Below the pieces are notes generated by a model, which saw only the letters and a list, made by a program, of their open reading frames with translations, did not search any database and was not told the origin of the DNA. The position numbers were made by a program, and so were the translations under genes. Positions 60,146 through 64,000 of a DNA stretch of 64,000 nucleotides are shown here, piece after piece (within the stretch, counting starts at the first letter, position 1; each line of letters starts with the position of its first letter). Source of the stretch: Thermoplasmata archaeon (GTDB taxonomy: Archaea; Thermoplasmatota; Thermoplasmata; Lutacidiplasmatales; UBA184); the NCBI GenBank assembly GCA_027314915.1, contig DAHUZZ010000008.1:19746-83745 (forward strand), written 5' to 3'.

Positions 60146-60218
60146 GCCACCGTAGCTCAGTTGGCAGAGCGGCTGATTCGTAATCAGCAGGTCGGGGGTT
60201 CAAGTCCCTCCGGTGGCT
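60146..60218 (+). tRNA. tRNA-Thr (CGT)
   Basis: GCCACCG acceptor stem, GCTGA-TTCGTAA-TCAGC anticodon arm, TTCAAGT T-loop; ATTATA about 26 nt upstream. Confidence 0.97.
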
Positions 60219-60265
60219 GCTCGTCCACCGCGCCCTCATGCATCGGATAGTGCAGTGCGACGCGC

Positions 60266-60484
60266 ATGGACGCGGAGACGACGGCGGTTCGGGTGTCCCG
60301 CGAGACGCTCGATGAGCTGGATCGGTTTCAACGTGCCCTTCGTACTCGTACGGCCGATGAGCCGATTCGCGCCCTCCCGCGCCTGCAGCGTCACGCCGTC
60401 GTCGAGCGGTAGGGGGGAACCCTCAAGGGCAGCGTGGGCCGATCCAGGGAGTCGGAACGCGTCCACAGCGATCGTGGATTCTGA
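60266..60484 (+). pseudogene. VapB-like antitoxin with internal TAG stop
   Basis: MDAETTAVRVSRETLDELDRFQRALRTRTADEPIRAL...ER*GGTLKGSVGRSRESERVHSDRGF*. Confidence 0.6.
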
Positions 60485-60750
60485 TGCCTCGTTCGAGTTC
60501 TTGAGCGACGGCCCGAGGGCTGGTGCGGATCATCGGGTGCTCCTTGAAGCGGATTCGGTCGTGACCCCCGACCGGGTGCTCGCAGAGCTGGCACGGCCGT
60601 TCGATCGCGGGGGCCAGCCCTCCGCCCGGACGCGTGACCTTCTGACCGAGATCGTAGGACTCAGGTGGATCATTCCCATCGATGTTGCGATCGCGCTCGG
60701 GGTGCCCACGGCCGACACCGATCTTCGCGCCAACGCCGGACGCTGGTTCA
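60468..60750 (+). pseudogene. Truncated VapC/PIN toxin remnant
   Basis: IVDSDASFEFL...VVTPDRVLAELAR...IIPIDVAIA; C-terminal PIN motifs missing. Confidence 0.6.
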
Positions 60751-60773
60751 GGGGACCCGTTCCAATCGTCTGT

Positions 60774-61916
60774 TCACACCAGGTGATCGAGGGGGTCCTC
60801 CTTCTTGGCCTGCAGGACGGGGGGCGCCGGTGGCGGTGGCGCCATAGGAGGTGCTGGCGGAGCGGGCGACCTCTGCCGCTTCCGCTTGTTCCGAGCCATC
60901 GCGATCGGTACGATGATGGCCGTCGCGATCAGACCCAGGAAGAGGGGGACCAGGGGAACCAAGCTGGCGGAGCTCATCGTGGCGGGACTGGCGGGCGGAG
61001 AACTCCCGCCGGGTCCGAAATAGGCATTCCCGCTGAAAGCTAGGAAGAACGAGAACGGAACCAGGAGGACCCAGGTGAAGACCAGCAGCACGATCAGGGC
61101 CGCGGCCAGGGAGTCCCATGAGGCGTCGCGCGATGGCACCGGGACGGCAACACCGGCGACGTACCCGGCCGGATACATCGCCACCGTCGGCATCGGCGGG
61201 GGCGGTGGCGGTGAATAGCCCCGTGCGAGCTTCCGCCGCCCCCGGTCCGAACCGAGGAGGGCGAGGGAGAGTCCGATGATCGACAGCACGGGAAGTGCCG
61301 AGAAGACCGCGCCGGTCTCCAGCGAGCTCTCCTCGTAGGTCGATCCGACCTTCGCGAGGATCCAGCTGGCTCCGAGCACCCCGACCAGGGAGAACAGCCC
61401 CCCGAAAATGAGCAACATGCCGTCGAGGATCGCGATGCCCGGGGCCATGACCGACGAGTAGGCGTCCGCACTCGCAGAAGGATGGACGCCGGGCGGGACG
61501 AAACTCCCGAGCCAGATCGCGAGGCCGACCGCAAACAAGCCGAAGCCGGCAGCCCCCAGCGCGGCCAGCTGCCGGGCGGTCCCGAGATCGACCCGGGGAA
61601 CCGACCCCTCGATCTCCTGGGCTCCGCGGTGGAGAAGTAGGAGGGAGACCAGCGCGACGACGGTTCCGACCATCAGGAGGTAGTCCAGAGCGAAGATCCC
61701 GACGTAGGAGATCCCGAACCCTCTCGCCCCGTAGGACAGGGTCGTGTGGGCCGGGATGTTCGAGAAGAGCGATCCGATGATCCAAAGGGCGATCACGCTC
61801 GCCCAGATCAGGGCCTGCCCGACGAGCCCCACGAGCGCACCGGCTTCGAAGTGCCGAAACCCCCTCCGTGCCTCGGCCCGAAGCGCGGTGGGCGCGATCG
61901 CGCCCGGACTCGACGT
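60774..61916 (-). CDS. Multi-pass membrane protein (DUF973/DUF996-like N-part, Pro-rich linkers)
   Basis: About 7-8 hydrophobic helices; KVGSTYEESSLETGAVF; start uncertain (ACG at 61916 or a later GTG). Confidence 0.65.
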   Translation of the reverse strand, partial: TSSPGAIAPTALRAEARRGFRHFEAGALVGLVGQALIWASVIALWIIGSLFSNIPAHTTLSYGARGFGISYVGIFALDYLLMVGTVVALVSLLLLHRGAQEIEGSVPRVDLGTARQLAALGAAGFGLFAVGLAIWLGSFVPPGVHPSASADAYSSVMAPGIAILDGMLLIFGGLFSLVGVLGASWILAKVGSTYEESSLETGAVFSALPVLSIIGLSLALLGSDRGRRKLARGYSPPPPPPMPTVAMYPAGYVAGVAVPVPSRDASWDSLAAALIVLLVFTWVLLVPFSFFLAFSGNAYFGPGGSSPPASPATMSSASLVPLVPLFLGLIATAIIVPIAMARNKRKRQRSPAPPAPPMAPPPPAPPVLQAKKEDPLDHLV

Positions 61917-62027
61917 GGTGGGACCCCCGCTCGGGGGACGGGGTCGGCCGTTATAATTCGCGCGACATGAAATCCGAAAAATCGTATAGTCGCCGGGGTT
62001 CGCCCCCTCCGCGGAGGGCGGGGTCGA

Positions 62028-63059
62028 ATGTATGAGCTGACGACCTCCGAAGCGGCGACGATCCTGGCGGTGCTGGCTCGGGACCCTGAGCTTCAGAGTT
62101 CCGACCTCGGGCGGCTCGGGATCCCTCCCTCCACCTTCTATGCCGTCCGACGCAAGATCTACGAGGCGGGCTGGCTCTCCGACCGATACCTCCCCCATCC
62201 GTGGGCGTACGGCGTCGAAGCCGTCGATTTCGTCCTCGCCTCGCCTCCTCCTTCGGAGCGGTCGCGAATCGAGACGGAATGGGGCCGTTCATCCGCCAAC
62301 GTGCTCCTGTGGGCTGGCCTGAACGTTCTCTTCGGCGTCTTCTTCCGACGCCCTGGGGCCCCGCCCCCGTCCGCGGAGGGCGCGAGGGTGACCATCACGC
62401 CGAGCGACGGGTCCATTCCCGTCTACTTCGATTATTCCCAATCCTGGTCGCGCTTCATTCGAGCCGGCGGGGGGACCGGCTACCCCCGCGGCTCGGGCGG
62501 GGCTCCTCCTCGTGCAGGGCACGCTCGAGGTTCCGCGATGAGCCAGTTGCTGGGAGAGGATGCCGGGGCCATCCACGCTCACCCTGCCGGTAACGGCTGG
62601 CACTCCCCCTCCGGCCTGACCCGGCCCCAGCGATTGCTTCTCGAGCGGGGGGAGGTCCAGAGCCGGACGTTCCTGGACGTGGGCGCACTTCCACCGTACC
62701 AGGGCCGGGTCCTGGGCGAGATCGTCTTCCTCACGGGGAAGTTGAGGGAAGGGGCCTCCGCGACCGGGGTGCTGGGCCGGTTGAACAACGACTGTCAGGT
62801 CTCTCCGGTCCTGATGGCGGCGGACGGAGCCTCCGTGATGCTCTGTGCCCTGGGGCAGGTGGGCGTGGGTACGCCCCATCGGACCAAGATCCCCCGAGCG
62901 GCCCAGCACGTGGCGGACGCCTTGGACTCCTCCCTCCGCGACCTCCGAATGACCATCGAGCCCACGGGGTCCGTGCGTACGGTGATCGACCACCGCTACG
63001 ATCGGCTCATCGGGGCGCCCGGAGCCGGGCCCAGCGAGGGCGCCAGGTCCCCGCCGTAG
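62028..63059 (+). CDS. Hypothetical protein with N-terminal wHTH-like segment
   Basis: LTTSEAATILAVL...GIPPSTFYAVRRKIYEAGWL; GGAGG upstream. Confidence 0.65.
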   Translation: MYELTTSEAATILAVLARDPELQSSDLGRLGIPPSTFYAVRRKIYEAGWLSDRYLPHPWAYGVEAVDFVLASPPPSERSRIETEWGRSSANVLLWAGLNVLFGVFFRRPGAPPPSAEGARVTITPSDGSIPVYFDYSQSWSRFIRAGGGTGYPRGSGGAPPRAGHARGSAMSQLLGEDAGAIHAHPAGNGWHSPSGLTRPQRLLLERGEVQSRTFLDVGALPPYQGRVLGEIVFLTGKLREGASATGVLGRLNNDCQVSPVLMAADGASVMLCALGQVGVGTPHRTKIPRAAQHVADALDSSLRDLRMTIEPTGSVRTVIDHRYDRLIGAPGAGPSEGARSPP

Positions 63060-63568
63060 CTCACGCCGAAGAACCGCCGGCGAAGCTCCTTGCGGTAGGT
63101 CCACCCCCCATCCGGACCTTCGGTAGTTCCGGACGATCTGGAATCGACCGAGGTCCGTCGATCCGAACGCCTCGAGCGGCGCCCCGCCAAGGCCGCGGCC
63201 GGGTCGGCAGGTCGCCCGGCGGGGCCCGACCTCGACGCGAGTTCGGAGCTCGCATGTTCTCCCTCCGAGCCGGCCTCCTCCCCCATCCCGCGGACAGCGA
63301 CGGGGGCTGCTTACCGAGGGCCGGCCGTTCCTACCGACGTCGCCGGGAGCGGCAGCGAGGCCGGGACCTCCGCCGCCGTCGGTCTCGGGAGAGGTCGACC
63401 CGAGGGCCGATCCCCACCGGCCGCTCTCCCCTCGGGCCGCCGGAGCTCTCCCGCTCGGCGAGGTTCTCCGCTTCCCGGCGCGATCCTCCCTGCTCCCTTG
63501 GGCGGTCACCTATATTCGAAGCGCGGGGATGGGCGCCTGCGGCACTGGTCCGAGCGGAGGGATCCCGA

Positions 63569-64000
63569 TTGTCACCCCGGAAGACCCGACGATGGTTGAT
63601 CGCGAAGCCCCTCGAGGGCTTGCTCTCCGAGGCGAACTTCCGCTGGGTGGAGTCGGCCGTTCCCCCGTTGGCCGAGGGGCAGTTCCTGGTCCGCAATCGC
63701 TGGCTCTCGGTCGACCCCACCCAGGCGCTCCAGCTCCGGGGTCCCGAGGTACCGATCGGGGAGTCGCCGTGGTCGCTGGCGGTGTCGGAGGTCGTCGAGT
63801 CCCGCCATGCGGACTTCTCGCCCGGGGACCTCGTGCACGGACAGATGGCCTGGGAGGACTACACCGTCACGGAGGGCACGGGGTTCAACCCCACCTTTCG
63901 CGTGCCGGAGGGCGTTCCCCTCAACTGGGCGGCCGGGGTGCTCGGTCTCACCGGCCTGGTCGCGTACTTCGGCCTTCACGCCGTGGCCCGACTCCAGCCC
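63569..64000 (+). CDS. NADP-dependent oxidoreductase (PTGR/CurA-like MDR family), partial
   Basis: Translated by hand from TTG after GGAGG: RRWLIAKPLEG...NFRWVE...GQFLVRNRWLSVDP...EVVESRHADFSPGDLV...GVLGLTGLVAYFGL. Confidence 0.85.
   Translation, partial: MSPRKTRRWLIAKPLEGLLSEANFRWVESAVPPLAEGQFLVRNRWLSVDPTQALQLRGPEVPIGESPWSLAVSEVVESRHADFSPGDLVHGQMAWEDYTVTEGTGFNPTFRVPEGVPLNWAAGVLGLTGLVAYFGLHAVARLQP

Noticed and set aside
60410-60412. In-frame TAG in vapB as possible pyrrolysine or read-through
   Set aside because: TAG is a common true stop throughout the window, no pyl genes are present here and the partner vapC is also broken.
63060-63568. Short minus-strand ORF fragments
   Set aside because: No recognisable motif or consistent frame; may be gene debris but cannot be supported.

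Overview
A very GC-rich, gene-dense stretch of an archaeal chromosome, most likely an uncultured high-GC Thermoplasmata lineage. This is inferred from DUF6015, LonB, Tes, aMBF1, TrmY, EF-1alpha, Rpo3 and pelota, alongside bacterial-type UvrA/UvrC and DnaJ. It is mostly core genome: the rps13-rps4-rps11-rpoD cluster, tuf-rps10, topA, uvrA/uvrC, dnaJ, psmA, lonB, folD, argF, citrate synthase, lipid genes (tes, pssA, psd, two thiolase-DUF35 modules, ubiX), tRNA-Phe(GAA) and tRNA-Thr(CGT). The most notable locus is a tandem ribbon-helix-helix (CdrS-like) gene in an operon with a divergent FtsZ homologue whose T7-loop catalytic Asp is replaced, preceded by two TGTCnGACA boxes. Other points of interest are an HMG-CoA-synthase-like remnant fused to DUF35, a Cys-less thiolase/DUF35 pair, two hidden small Cys-rich genes, a decayed tandem duplicate of a surface-protein gene, a decayed vapBC pair after tRNA-Thr, an intact class III cyclase-TPR protein and four convergent gene pairs sharing a CTAG stop overlap. 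No CRISPR array, rRNA, integrase or transposase was seen. All calls come from motif recognition by eye; no searches were run.
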